Shown here one piece after another: positions 25,525 to 35,233 of a stretch of DNA of 64,000 nt. The stretch is from NCBI GenBank assembly GCA_965205265.1, contig CBDBGH010000003.1, positions 3,648,001 to 3,712,000 of the forward strand, in the 5' to 3' direction. Each line of letters opens with the position of its first letter. Within the stretch, counting starts at the first letter, position 1. Below the pieces are notes generated by a model. The model was not told where the DNA came from, did not search any database, and saw only the letters and a list, made by a program, of their open reading frames with translations. This DNA is from Alphaproteobacteria bacterium (GTDB lineage Bacteria > Pseudomonadota > Alphaproteobacteria > Bin95). The position numbers were made by a program, and so were the translations under genes.

Positions 25525-27440
25525 CCTGACTTCGACGGTTGGGCTGACTTCTGACCGATCTCGCGTCTGGAGTTTTCAGTAAAGCCAATGAGTTGGCAGT
25601 TGCGGTGCGGTCAAGCTGCGTTGTAGTGCCTAGTAAATCTTTGAGACTGTCAATGCCTCCGCCACGCGCTACACTCCCCCCATGTTCGTGCGCATCAAGA
25701 CCTCCCCCAACAGCCCGCGACGCTCGGTCCAGATCGTCGAGGCCGTGCGCGACGGCGGCAAGGTCCGACAGCGCATCGTCCGCCATGTCGGCGTGGCCAT
25801 GGACGAGGACGAGCTCGAGCGCCTGAGGCAGCTCGGCGAGTACGTCAAGGCGAAGCTGGAGGACGAGCGTCAGCCGGCATTGTTTGCGCCCGAGAAGATC
25901 GCTGAGCAGGCGATCCGTGTCGGCCGCCGGGGGGACGGCAAGGAGGAACTCCCGGTCGACCTCAAGCAGCTTGAAGAGGAGCAGCGCCTGATCACAGGCA
26001 TCCACGAGGTCTATGGCGAGATCTACCGGCTGCTGGGCCTCGACGCGCTGCTGCCGCGCTCGCGCTACCGGGCCTCCCATGACGCGCTGTTCCATGTGGT
26101 GATGGCGCGGGTAGCCAACCCCGACAGCAAGCGGGGCAGCGTGCGCCGGCTCGAGGAGGACTTCGGCGTGAGTCTTCCGCTCGAGAAGGTCTACCGGATG
26201 ATGGATCAGCTCGACGCGACGGTGATCGAGCGACTGCGCACGCGCGTCGGCGAGGCGAGCCGGTCGCTGCTGCCGGAGCCGGTCGCGATCCTCTTCTTCG
26301 ATTGCACCACGCTCTACTTCGAGACGGCCGCCGAGGACGAGCTTCGCCAGCACGGCTTCAGCAAGGACGGCAAACACAAGGACTCGCAGGTTCTGCTGGC
26401 GCTGATGGTGACGCGCGAAGGGCTGCCGATCAGCTACGAGGTCTTCCCCGGCGCCACCTACGAGGGACACAGCATGGTCCCGGTCCTGCAGGACATGCAG
26501 CGCCGCCACCAGGTGGAGCGCACGGTATGCGTGGCCGACCGGGGCATGCTGAGCGCCGACAACCTCGACGCCATGGACGCCATCGGCGGCGAGTATGTCG
26601 TCGGCGCGCGGCTGCGCAAGCTGCCGCTCGCGCTGCTGGGGCAGGTTCTCGACCCCGGGACCTATGCCCCGCTGGAGGGCTCACAGGACCGCCGGGTCGG
26701 CGAGTGGGAGTACAAGGGCCGTCGCCTGATCGTCGTCTTCTGCCCCCAGCGCGCACGCAAGGACGCGCACGAGCGCCGCCATCAGGTGGAACGCCTGCTC
26801 GACAGGCTGGCCCGCAGCGACAATCCCAGGGAACTGCTCTCCAATCACGGGGCGAAGCGCTTCATCGCCGTCGAGGGCGACGCACGGCTCACGGTGAACC
26901 CGGAGAAGATCGCCGAGGCCGCACGATGGGACGGGCTCACCGGCGTCATCACCAATCTGCGCGACGCGCGCGTCACCGAAGTGATGGCTCACTACCAGGG
27001 GCTCTGGCAGGTCGAGGAGAGCTTCCGGATCACCAAACACGACCTGAAGATACGTCCCATCTGGCACTGGAACCCGGACCGGATCCGCGCTCACATCGCC
27101 ATCGCCTTCCTGGCCTTCGCCTGCGTTCGACACCTTGCGTACCGCGTCGCCATCCAGAAGCGGCGGATGTCCCCGGAGGTCATCCGCTCCGCCCTCGTCC
27201 ACCGCCAGTGCTCCCTGCTGCGCTGTCGGCAATCGGGCAACCGCTACGTCATCCCCTCGAAGCCGACACCGGCGGCGGAGCAGATTTACGCAACCATGGG
27301 GCTGCCCCTGACGATCACCCCGTATCAACTCGCCTGACCGTCGACGAAGCACGGCTCGAAGAAATGCCGGATGTAGTGCCTAGCCGAAATGAGAACCAGG
27401 CAATATCAACTACTTATGCGAATCAACCGTCGAAGTCAGG
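25525..27440 (+). mobile_element. IS1634-family insertion sequence, 1916 bp
   Basis: Perfect 17-bp TIRs CCTGACTTCGACGGTTG (25525-25541 and 27424-27440); 8-bp direct repeat AGGCCCGT at 25517-25524 and 27441-27448. Confidence 0.95.
25682..27337 (+). CDS. IS1634-family DDE transposase
   Basis: FFDCTTLYFE, GFSKDGK, VADRGM, Y..LWQVEESFR..K.DL..RP..HW...RIRAH. Confidence 0.95.
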   Translation: MFVRIKTSPNSPRRSVQIVEAVRDGGKVRQRIVRHVGVAMDEDELERLRQLGEYVKAKLEDERQPALFAPEKIAEQAIRVGRRGDGKEELPVDLKQLEEEQRLITGIHEVYGEIYRLLGLDALLPRSRYRASHDALFHVVMARVANPDSKRGSVRRLEEDFGVSLPLEKVYRMMDQLDATVIERLRTRVGEASRSLLPEPVAILFFDCTTLYFETAAEDELRQHGFSKDGKHKDSQVLLALMVTREGLPISYEVFPGATYEGHSMVPVLQDMQRRHQVERTVCVADRGMLSADNLDAMDAIGGEYVVGARLRKLPLALLGQVLDPGTYAPLEGSQDRRVGEWEYKGRRLIVVFCPQRARKDAHERRHQVERLLDRLARSDNPRELLSNHGAKRFIAVEGDARLTVNPEKIAEAARWDGLTGVITNLRDARVTEVMAHYQGLWQVEESFRITKHDLKIRPIWHWNPDRIRAHIAIAFLAFACVRHLAYRVAIQKRRMSPEVIRSALVHRQCSLLRCRQSGNRYVIPSKPTPAAEQIYATMGLPLTITPYQLA

Positions 27441-27584
27441 AGGCCCGTCTCCTGCCGATTTGCTGTGGCCCCTCCTCTTCGGCCCGGCGCAGCACTTCGG
27501 AGAGGCGCGACCTGGCCTCGGCGACGGTCCAGACCCGACGGGCTTCCGGGTGTTGGCGAGTCATGGCATCCCCTCTCCTTCTCC

Positions 27585-28202
27585 CTACCGGTCGCCGTAA
27601 TGGCGGCGCCAGATGGGGCCGACGACCGGGTGGGCGCGGACCGCGTCCCCGATCCGGGCGAGGCGCGGCGGCTTCGTATCGCCGCGATACCAGACGAGGA
27701 ACATGGCGAGGTAGATGTCCGCCACCGTCATCTCCCCGCCCAGCAGGAAGGGCCCCTCGACATGCGCGTCGATGACGGCCAGCGCCTCGCCCATGCGGCG
27801 GATGGCGGCGGTCCGGACGGCGTCGTGTCCTTCGGCATCGTCGGTGAAGCGGAACGGGTAGCCCCGCCTGAGCACCGCTTCGTAAAGGTTCACATTGGCG
27901 AAGACGGTCCAGCGCAGGAAGGCGGCGTGCGCTGGCGTGCCGGGCGGCGGCGCCAGGCGCTTCTCCGGGAAGCAGAGCGCGAGATGGACCAGGATCGCCG
28001 AGGTTTCCGTCATGACCGAGCCGTCCGGCAGGATCAGGGTCGGCAGCTGGCCCCAGGGATTGGTTGCTCGAAAACTCTCGGGCAAGGGCGTCCCGGCCTT
28101 CGAGTCCAGTTCGATGAGCTCGAACGGCGCCTCCGCCAGGGCGAGCGCCGCCTCGACGACGAAACCGCCCGAGCCCGGCCGGTTGTAGAGCGTGTAGCCC
28201 AC
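27585..28202 (-). CDS. Glutathione S-transferase family protein
   Basis: NPWGQLPTL..PDGSVMTETSAI, FLLG..TVADIYL; [11 protein letters not shown] before GTG. Confidence 0.9.
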   Translation of the reverse strand: MGYTLYNRPGSGGFVVEAALALAEAPFELIELDSKAGTPLPESFRATNPWGQLPTLILPDGSVMTETSAILVHLALCFPEKRLAPPPGTPAHAAFLRWTVFANVNLYEAVLRRGYPFRFTDDAEGHDAVRTAAIRRMGEALAVIDAHVEGPFLLGGEMTVADIYLAMFLVWYRGDTKPPRLARIGDAVRAHPVVGPIWRRHYGDR

Positions 28203-28213
28203 GGATCCCTCCT

Positions 28214-29077
28214 TCAGCGCGCCAGCATGGCGGCCCAGTTGGCGTAGAAGCGCTCGCCGGCGGCGCGCCAGCGGTCTCCGGGCGGTCGAGCGGGATCGTC
28301 GCCGGGATAGTAGTCCCGCGGCACCGGCACGTCGTCGCGGCGGCCGAGGTCGCGCCGGTATTCGTCGTCCAGGGTCGTCGCCTCGTATTCGAAATGGTTG
28401 AGCGCGTGGACATGGCCGAGCGCCGGCTCCGCCACCGCGCCGACATTGGCCTCGTCGTGGTCGAGCAGCAGGTCGAGGCCCGGCCCGGCCCGCGCCAGGT
28501 CCTCGCGGCGGGTCTCGGTATGGCGCGAGACCGGCATCGCCACCGGCCCTTCCAGCCCGGCGACGGCGGCGCTGCCGGGCGCGGCGATCCGGTGCTCGAA
28601 CACGCCGAAGCGCTTTTCCGTGAGCGTGTGCTTGGGCAGGCCGCGATAGCGGTAAAGCGCCGCCTGCGCCGCCCAGCAGAGCGTGAACAGCGGCGTCTTC
28701 CGGGCGCGCAACCCGTCCAGCAGATGCGCGATCTCCTCCCAGTAATCGACCTCCTCGAAATCGAGCAGCTCGATGGGCGCGCCGGTCAGGATCACGCCGT
28801 CCGCCTCCTCCGCCCTGTCCAGCCCGCCATAGAAGGCGCCCATATGCCCGGGGTCGGCATTCTTGCCCCGGTAGCGCGAGGGAACCGCGAGCGAGAGCGC
28901 AATGTCCGGTCCGGCAAGGCCGAGCTTGCGGGCGATCTGCCGCTCCGTCTTCTGCTTTTCGGGCATGAGGTTGACCAGCAGCACGCGCCGCGCCGGCCGG
29001 TCGTCCGAGAAGAGCGGCACGCCCTCCTCCGCAAGCTCCGCCGCTGCCGGCAGTCCTTCCGCAAGCCGAATGGCCAT
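28214..29077 (-). CDS. metA: Homoserine O-acyltransferase, MetA family (GAPIE suggests acetyl-CoA specificity)
   Basis: NLMP.K..TE.Q, TGAPIE...FEEVDYW.E, CWAAQA, P.SRHT, HFEY. Confidence 0.9.
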   Translation of the reverse strand: MAIRLAEGLPAAAELAEEGVPLFSDDRPARRVLLVNLMPEKQKTERQIARKLGLAGPDIALSLAVPSRYRGKNADPGHMGAFYGGLDRAEEADGVILTGAPIELLDFEEVDYWEEIAHLLDGLRARKTPLFTLCWAAQAALYRYRGLPKHTLTEKRFGVFEHRIAAPGSAAVAGLEGPVAMPVSRHTETRREDLARAGPGLDLLLDHDEANVGAVAEPALGHVHALNHFEYEATTLDDEYRRDLGRRDDVPVPRDYYPGDDPARPPGDRWRAAGERFYANWAAMLAR

Positions 29078-29982
29078 CAGCCGCCCTTCCTTTCCGCCCG
29101 GCGCCGCTCGCAGAGCCCGATATAGCCCTCCAGCCGGTCGCCGCCATGCTCCCAGAGCGTGGCGAGGAACCGGTCGGCATCCGGTATCCCGTCCTCCGGG
29201 AACACGTCTGCGGTCTCCAGCGCCAGGCCGTAGCGGGCGAGGCGCTCATAGCGGGGCCGGCGAAAGGCCAGCAGTTCCGGGAAGAGCGGGCGCGCGAAGC
29301 CTACCGGGTCGATGCCCGCGCCGTCTTCGGGCATGCCCTCCAGGCGCGGCATCAGGAAGTCGGGATTGTAGAACAGCGGCTTGGGGTGGGTGCGGGCGCG
29401 CGCCTTCAGTGTCTCCTCGAAGGCGGCGTCGGCGCGGATATAGACAATCAGGCTGTGGGCCGTCAGCCGTTCCAGCACCGGGTCCTCCGGGTCTTCGAGA
29501 TCGACGACCTCGCAGAGCGAGCCGGAGGCGTCGTTGACGAAACTCTCGCAACCGTAGAGCCGCCAGCCCTTGGCGATGAAGTCGGGCACGTCGAGCATCG
29601 ACTGTATCTCGGCGTCCCGGTAAAGCCTCTGGCGGTGGAGGAAGGTCTCCATGTCCAGCCCGCCCGCGGCCGGGTCACCATACATGCCGAGAAAGGTCGA
29701 GACCGGCTCCAGGTTGTCCACGGAGATATTGTGCTCGATATAGATCGAGTCGGAGCGCAGCAGGTCGGCGACGAACCGGTCCGCCATCGACATGATCTTG
29801 AACTTGATGTTGTCGAGGATGTGCTCGGCCAGGTAGCGCGTGCCGATGCGGTAGTCGGCGGAATAGTGGAACCAGTCGGCCGACCGGCGCAGCGAGGTCG
29901 AGAGCACGGTCTTCCCGACGCCCGACATGCCGAGCAGCGTGATCGCGTGGGGGAGCGCCCGGAAAGCCTCGAAACCGCCCAT
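29077..29982 (-). CDS. Uncharacterised P-loop ATPase coupled to metA
   Basis: GMSGVGKT, WFHYSADYRIGTRY, DASGSLCE, PKPLFY; stop overlaps the metA start. Confidence 0.8.
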   Translation of the reverse strand: MGGFEAFRALPHAITLLGMSGVGKTVLSTSLRRSADWFHYSADYRIGTRYLAEHILDNIKFKIMSMADRFVADLLRSDSIYIEHNISVDNLEPVSTFLGMYGDPAAGGLDMETFLHRQRLYRDAEIQSMLDVPDFIAKGWRLYGCESFVNDASGSLCEVVDLEDPEDPVLERLTAHSLIVYIRADAAFEETLKARARTHPKPLFYNPDFLMPRLEGMPEDGAGIDPVGFARPLFPELLAFRRPRYERLARYGLALETADVFPEDGIPDADRFLATLWEHGGDRLEGYIGLCERRRAERKGG

Positions 29983-29990
29983 GGCCGCCC

Positions 29991-31259
29991 TCACCCGGCA
30001 AGGCGCGGATGCAGCCAGGCGGCGGCCGCAAGCAGGTCGGCGTCCCCGCCCGCCCGGCCGACAAGCTGTACCCCGACCGGCAGGCCGTTGCCGGGCGAGA
30101 ACCCCGGCAATGTGATGCAGGGCACGCCCAGCGTCGTCCAGATGCGGTTGCATTCGGGCGAGCCGGTCCAGCCGAGCCCCTCCGGCGCCTCGCCGGGCGC
30201 AGCCGGGGTGATGAGGACGTCCACGCCGTCGAAGACGCTTTCGAAGGCGGCCCGCGCCGCCTCGCGGATGCCGAGCGCCCAGAGATAGCGTTCGTGGTCC
30301 AAACCGAGGCCGGTTTCGACAATCTGGCGGATGGCCTCGCTCATGTCCTCCCGGTGCGCGCGGTATTCCCAGGCGAGCAGGCGGGCGCCCTCATAGGGCA
30401 TGATGACATCGTGGGCCGCCGGCACCTCGTCGCAGGGAGGCGGCAGTTCCAGGTCCTTCGGCCCTGCCTCCGCCGCTGCGCGCGCCACCTCCATCGCCTC
30501 GGCCGAAGCCGGCTCGACGCAATGCCAGGCCGGGCTCGGGCACATGGCGAACCGCGCCGGGCGCGCCTCGGCCGTCGCAATGGGAATGCCCGCCATGGCC
30601 TGCACGAAGGCGCCTGCATCGGCGACCGTGCGCGCCATGGAGCCCACCGTGTCCAGCGTCTCGGAAATCGGCTTCACGCCCGCGCGCGGCACCGTGCCGA
30701 ATGTGGGCTTGAAGCCGACCGCGCCGCAATAGGAGGCCGGGCGGATCACCGAGCCTGCGGTCTGCGTGCCGATGGCCAGCGGCACCTGCCAGTCCGCGAC
30801 CCCGGCGGCCGAGCCCTGCGAGGAGCCGCCCGGCGTGTGGGCCGGGTCCGCCGGGTTCATGGTCTTGCCCGGATGGCGCATGGCGAACTCGGTCGTCACG
30901 GTCTTGCCGAGCACGACCATGCCGGCGTCCCGCAGCAGCGCCACACATGCCGCGTCCCAGGCCGGGCGGTTGCCGGGCGTGTAGATCGGCGAGCCGTAGC
31001 CGGTCGGCATGTCGTGGGTGTCGATGATGTCCTTGATGCCGGCCGGCACGCCGTGCAGCGCCGAGCGCGGCTCCTCCCGGTCGCGCTGCCTCGCCTCCGC
31101 CAGCGCCGCCTCCGGGTCGAGATGAATCCAGGCGCCGACCGCCGCGTCGCGCGCCTCGATATGCGCGAGGCAGGATTCGACCAGCCCTTCGGATGTCAGG
31201 TCCCCCGCCCGGATGGCGGCGGCGGCGTCGAGGGCGGAGAGGAGATGGGGCTGGGTCAT
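29991..31259 (-). CDS. Amidase (amidase-signature family)
   Basis: GIKDIID, GKTVTTEFA, PGGSSQGSAA, GTQTAGS.IRPASYCG. Confidence 0.95.
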   Translation of the reverse strand: MTQPHLLSALDAAAAIRAGDLTSEGLVESCLAHIEARDAAVGAWIHLDPEAALAEARQRDREEPRSALHGVPAGIKDIIDTHDMPTGYGSPIYTPGNRPAWDAACVALLRDAGMVVLGKTVTTEFAMRHPGKTMNPADPAHTPGGSSQGSAAGVADWQVPLAIGTQTAGSVIRPASYCGAVGFKPTFGTVPRAGVKPISETLDTVGSMARTVADAGAFVQAMAGIPIATAEARPARFAMCPSPAWHCVEPASAEAMEVARAAAEAGPKDLELPPPCDEVPAAHDVIMPYEGARLLAWEYRAHREDMSEAIRQIVETGLGLDHERYLWALGIREAARAAFESVFDGVDVLITPAAPGEAPEGLGWTGSPECNRIWTTLGVPCITLPGFSPGNGLPVGVQLVGRAGGDADLLAAAAWLHPRLAG

Positions 31260-32431
31260 GCTTGCCTCGCGAAACTGCGGCCGATGAGTTGGCGGTGGAT
31301 CTGGTTGGTCCCTTCCCAGATCTGGGTGATCTTGGCGTCGCGCAGCAGCCGTTCGGCGCGATACGCCCTGATATAGCCGTAACCGCCGTGAAGCTGCACG
31401 CACATATCGGCGGCCTTCATGGCGAGGTCGGAGGCGGAGAGCTTGGCCATGGAGGCCTCAATGCCGATATCGTCGAGCCCCTCGTCCACGAGCCCCGCGA
31501 CATAGCCGAGCCAGAGCTCGGCCTGGGCGAGTTCGGTGGCGAGGTCGGCCAGCATGAACTGGATGCCCTGGAAATCCGCGATCCGCCGGCCCGACTGGCG
31601 GCGCTGGCCGATATAGTCCACGGCGTCGCCGAAGGCGGCGCGCGCAATGCCGAGCGCATGGGCGGCGATGGAGGGCCTGGACTTGTTGAGCGCGCCGAAC
31701 AGCACCTTGAGCCCCTCACCCGGCCCGAGCACCAGGTTGGCGCGCGGCACGCGCACGCCCTCGAAGGCAAGCGCGGCGGTGGAGCTGGCGCGCAGGCCCA
31801 ACTTGTCCTCCAGCCTGAGCACGCTTATACCGGGAGCCTCCTTCTCCACCGCGAGCGCCGTGATCGCCGCGCGCCCGTCCTCGATTTCCGCCCATTTGCC
31901 GAACAGCAGATAGACGTCCGCCACGTCTCCGTTGGTGATAAAGGTCTTGGTCCCGTCGATGACGATGTCGCCGCCGTCCGGGCGGAAGCGGGTGCGCATG
32001 CCGGTCGCGTCCGAGCCGGCGTTCTCCTCGGTGATGCAGAGCGCGGCGAGGCCGCCATCGGCGATGCGCGGCAGGATACGGCGCTTGAGGTCCTCGCTGC
32101 CGAAGTCGATCACCGGCTTGACGGCGTGGAAGGTGGTGGACCACACGATGCCGGTCGCCGCGCAGGCCCGCGCCATGTCGTGCGCGGCGCGGATATAGCA
32201 GGCGAAGGAGAGGCCGGCGCCGCCATAGGCCTCGGGCACGAACATGCGGTTGAGTTCGAGCGCGCGCATGGCGGCGAGATTGTCCCAGGGGAAGCGGGCC
32301 TCCGCGTCCAGCGCTGCCGCCGCCGGGGCGACCGTGCGCCCGGCAAGCCGCTTCACGGCTTCCAGCACGGCCGCTTCCTCTTCCGGCAGCGCTTGTTCGA
32401 GGCGGGCGTCGAGGCGGTCGAGAACGGTCAC
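31256..32431 (-). CDS. Acyl-CoA dehydrogenase
   Basis: TEENAGSD, GTKTFITNG, KLGLRASST, HGGYGY, IWEGTNQI. Confidence 0.95.
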   Translation of the reverse strand: MTVLDRLDARLEQALPEEEAAVLEAVKRLAGRTVAPAAAALDAEARFPWDNLAAMRALELNRMFVPEAYGGAGLSFACYIRAAHDMARACAATGIVWSTTFHAVKPVIDFGSEDLKRRILPRIADGGLAALCITEENAGSDATGMRTRFRPDGGDIVIDGTKTFITNGDVADVYLLFGKWAEIEDGRAAITALAVEKEAPGISVLRLEDKLGLRASSTAALAFEGVRVPRANLVLGPGEGLKVLFGALNKSRPSIAAHALGIARAAFGDAVDYIGQRRQSGRRIADFQGIQFMLADLATELAQAELWLGYVAGLVDEGLDDIGIEASMAKLSASDLAMKAADMCVQLHGGYGYIRAYRAERLLRDAKITQIWEGTNQIHRQLIGRSFARQA

Positions 32432-33141
32432 TGGTTGATACTCTGCGCCCCGTCCATCACGATGGTTTCGCCGGTGAGGTAATGGATCTTCTCGGCGAAG
32501 AGCAGCGCCACGAAGCGCGCCACCTCATCCACCCGGCCGGGCCGGCCGATCGGGATGCGCCGCTCCAGCCAGGCGCGGAAGCGCGGATTGGTCAGGATTT
32601 CGGCGTTCATGTCCGTCTCCACATAACCGGGGGCGACGGCATAGACCGAAATATTGTCCTTGGCCCATTCCACGGCGAGGCAACGCGTGAGGCCGGAAAC
32701 GGCGGCCTTCGACGCGCAATAGGCGGTGTTGCCGCGCACGCCGAGCCGTTCCCAGTAGGAGCCGATATTGACGAGGATGCCGCCGCCATTGGCCTTGAGA
32801 TGCGGATAGGCGGCTTGGGCGGCGGCGAAGACGGCGGTGGTGTTGACCGCCATGGTGCGGGCGAAGTCCTCTACGGGGAAGTCCGCGCTCGGCCCCTGCA
32901 GGTGGACGCCGGCATTGTTCACAAGCCCCTCCAGCCCGCCCAGGTCCTGCGCCGCCGCGTCGAGCGCGCGGGCGAGGCCGGCCGTGTCGGTCACGTCCAC
33001 GGGGTAAGCCGGCAGGTCCAGCCCCTGCGGCCCGCGGCCGGAGCGTGTCAGGCAGGCCACCGCGAAGCCCCGCGCCGCCAGCGCCGCCGCAATCCCCGCG
33101 CCGATGCCCCGATTGGCCCCCGTAACCGCAATAGCGCCCAT
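32428..33141 (-). CDS. Short-chain dehydrogenase/reductase
   Basis: TGANRGIG, NNAG, YCASK. Confidence 0.95.
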   Translation of the reverse strand: MGAIAVTGANRGIGAGIAAALAARGFAVACLTRSGRGPQGLDLPAYPVDVTDTAGLARALDAAAQDLGGLEGLVNNAGVHLQGPSADFPVEDFARTMAVNTTAVFAAAQAAYPHLKANGGGILVNIGSYWERLGVRGNTAYCASKAAVSGLTRCLAVEWAKDNISVYAVAPGYVETDMNAEILTNPRFRAWLERRIPIGRPGRVDEVARFVALLFAEKIHYLTGETIVMDGAQSINQ

Positions 33142-33346
33142 CGGTCCTCCGTCTTTGCCGGTCGCTTGCCCAGGCGCGAGAATGGCACGGATGACGGCAG
33201 TCCGTCAGCCTGGGCGTATTGCTGCCCGTCGCGGCAGCTTGAGCGTACCGCTTCCGCTTGCCGGGCGCCCGCGGTGATGTTTGCGTCACTTGTTGCATTT
33301 ATGGTGTCTGGTAATTACCTTTCCGCCAGAATGATGGAGAGGCGCG

Positions 33347-33793
33347 ATGGGCGGAAGGACGGCGACAGGAATTCCCAGCGAGCGCGACACGGTTCTGGCG
33401 GGTGAGGCAGGCCGCAAACTCACGACATGGAGCGACGGTGCGGACCCGGTGTCTGCGCGTTTCGGCGGCGCTACTGCGGAACCCGTGGACATTCCCTTGT
33501 CGGCTCTTCGCCTGCTCAAGGAGATTCTGGACCAGATGGCACACGGAAACGGTGTAACCTTGACACCGCTGCACGCCGAACTGACGACGCGACAGGCGGC
33601 CGACCTCCTGCAGGTATCGCGAACGCACCTGGTGCAGTTGCTCGACGAAGGCCGCATACCCTGCCGCAAGGTAGGCGCACACCGGCGGGTCCGCGCCCGG
33701 GACGTTCTTGTCTATCGCCGCGAGACGGAATTCTCACGCCGCGAGGCGCTGGACGAACTCACGGCCCTCGATCGAAGCCTGGGCCTCCAATAG
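33347..33793 (+). CDS. Excisionase-type HTH protein (antitoxin-like partner of PIN toxins)
   Basis: ELTTRQAADLLQVSR..LV.LLDEG.IP..KVG.HRRV. Confidence 0.85.
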   Translation: MGGRTATGIPSERDTVLAGEAGRKLTTWSDGADPVSARFGGATAEPVDIPLSALRLLKEILDQMAHGNGVTLTPLHAELTTRQAADLLQVSRTHLVQLLDEGRIPCRKVGAHRRVRARDVLVYRRETEFSRREALDELTALDRSLGLQ

Positions 33794-33796
33794 GCA

Positions 33797-33955
33797 ATGC
33801 CGTCTCCAACGGCGTTGCTCGACGCCAATGTTCTTTATCCGGCCGGCCTTCGGGACCTGCTGTTGCGTCTGACAGGGGAGAGCGTCGGGGCACGATTGTT
33901 CGCCGCCGATAGGCCGCATTTCTCTCCCAACCATGCCGCCGCCCGATGCCGTTGA
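33797..33955 (+). pseudogene. Truncated PIN-domain toxin
   Basis: MPSPTALLDANVLYPAGLRDLLLRL is a PIN N-terminus; similarity is lost after ~25 aa and the frame stops at 52 aa. Confidence 0.75.
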
Positions 33956-34013
33956 TCCTCCCTGGCAGGCCCCCTACGCTGTCTCCGGGACGGGCATTCG
34001 GGGGTGGCGGCCG

Positions 34014-35162
34014 ATGGGCGGCGAGTTGGATTTCGAGGCGTATCTGGCCGAGGTGGAGGCGTTTACGCGCGAGGAGCTGATTCCGAGCGAGGAACGGGTG
34101 GAGGAGCTGGGCCATGTGCCCGAGGACCTGGTGCGGCGGATTTCGGAAATGCGCCTCTTCGCCATCTCCATCCCGGAGGAATATGGGGGGCTGGGCCTCA
34201 GCCAGGAGCAGCAGGTGCGGCTCACCTTCGCCTTCACCCGGGCCTCGGCGGTGTTCCGCGCCCGCTTCTCGACCACGATCGGGCTTTGCAGCCAGGCGAT
34301 CCTCGACTTCGCGACGGAAGCGCAGAAGCTGAAATACCTGCCCGCCATGGCCGAGGGCCGCTGCACCGGCGCCTTCTCGCTGACCGAGCCGGACTACGGA
34401 TCGGACGCGGCGAACCTCGCAACGACGGCGGTGCGCGACGGCGCGGACTATGTGCTGAACGGCACCAAGCGCTACATCACCAATGCGGCGGACGCCGACA
34501 TGTTCCTTGTCATGGCGCGCACGGGCGGCCCCGGTGCGGGCGGCGTCTCGGCGTTTGCGGTCGATGCCGGCACGCCGGGCATCCGCGCGGGCGCGCCCTT
34601 CGAGATGATGGGGCACCGCGGCTCGCGCGTCTCGGAGGTCTATCTCGAGGACTGCCGCGTGCCCGGGGACGCGCTGGTCGGCGGCCGGGAGGGGCTCGGG
34701 CTCAAGGCGGCGCTCAGGGGCATCAACCATGCGCGCACCCATGTCGCCGCCACCTGCGTCGGCCAGGCGAAGCGGCTGGTCGGCGAGGCGGTGCGCCATG
34801 CCCGCGAGCGCCGCCAGTTCGGCAAGGCCATCGGCGAACACCAGCTCGTCCAGGCCATGCTCGCCGACATGCGCGCCGACGCCTATGCGGCCGAAGCGAT
34901 GGTGCTGGATTGCGCCCGGCGGTTCGAACAGCGCCCGCTGCCCTTCGCGGACATCGCCTGCGCCAAGTATTTCGCCTCCGAGATGGTGAGCCGCGTGGCC
35001 GACAAGGCGGTCCAGATACTCGGCGGCCAGGGCTATATGGCCGAAAACGCCGTCGCCCGCCTCTACCGCGACACGCGCCTGTTCCGCATCTTCGAAGGCA
35101 CATCGCAGATCCAGCAGCAGCAGATCGCCCGCGCCATGCTGCGCGAGGTGCCGGATACTTAA
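34014..35162 (+). CDS. Acyl-CoA dehydrogenase
   Basis: IPEEYGGLG, LTEPDYGSD, NGTKRYITNA, LGGQGY, IFEGTSQIQ. Confidence 0.95.
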   Translation: MGGELDFEAYLAEVEAFTREELIPSEERVEELGHVPEDLVRRISEMRLFAISIPEEYGGLGLSQEQQVRLTFAFTRASAVFRARFSTTIGLCSQAILDFATEAQKLKYLPAMAEGRCTGAFSLTEPDYGSDAANLATTAVRDGADYVLNGTKRYITNAADADMFLVMARTGGPGAGGVSAFAVDAGTPGIRAGAPFEMMGHRGSRVSEVYLEDCRVPGDALVGGREGLGLKAALRGINHARTHVAATCVGQAKRLVGEAVRHARERRQFGKAIGEHQLVQAMLADMRADAYAAEAMVLDCARRFEQRPLPFADIACAKYFASEMVSRVADKAVQILGGQGYMAENAVARLYRDTRLFRIFEGTSQIQQQQIARAMLREVPDT

Positions 35163-35233
35163 AATCCCGGTCCGGGCGCACCATATCGGGAAGCAGGAGC
35201 GGCAGCCGCTACCCGTTACCGGAGGGACAGGCG

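Larger units (their letters stand above)
25350..27564 (-). pseudogene. Phd/YefM-like antitoxin gene interrupted by IS1634
   Basis: Removing the IS and one copy of the duplication restores MTRQHPEARRVWTVAEARSRLSEVLRRAEEEGPQQIGRRRA|FVVVPAAEWYAKTQPRPPMGRWLVENMPRG...stop. Confidence 0.85.
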
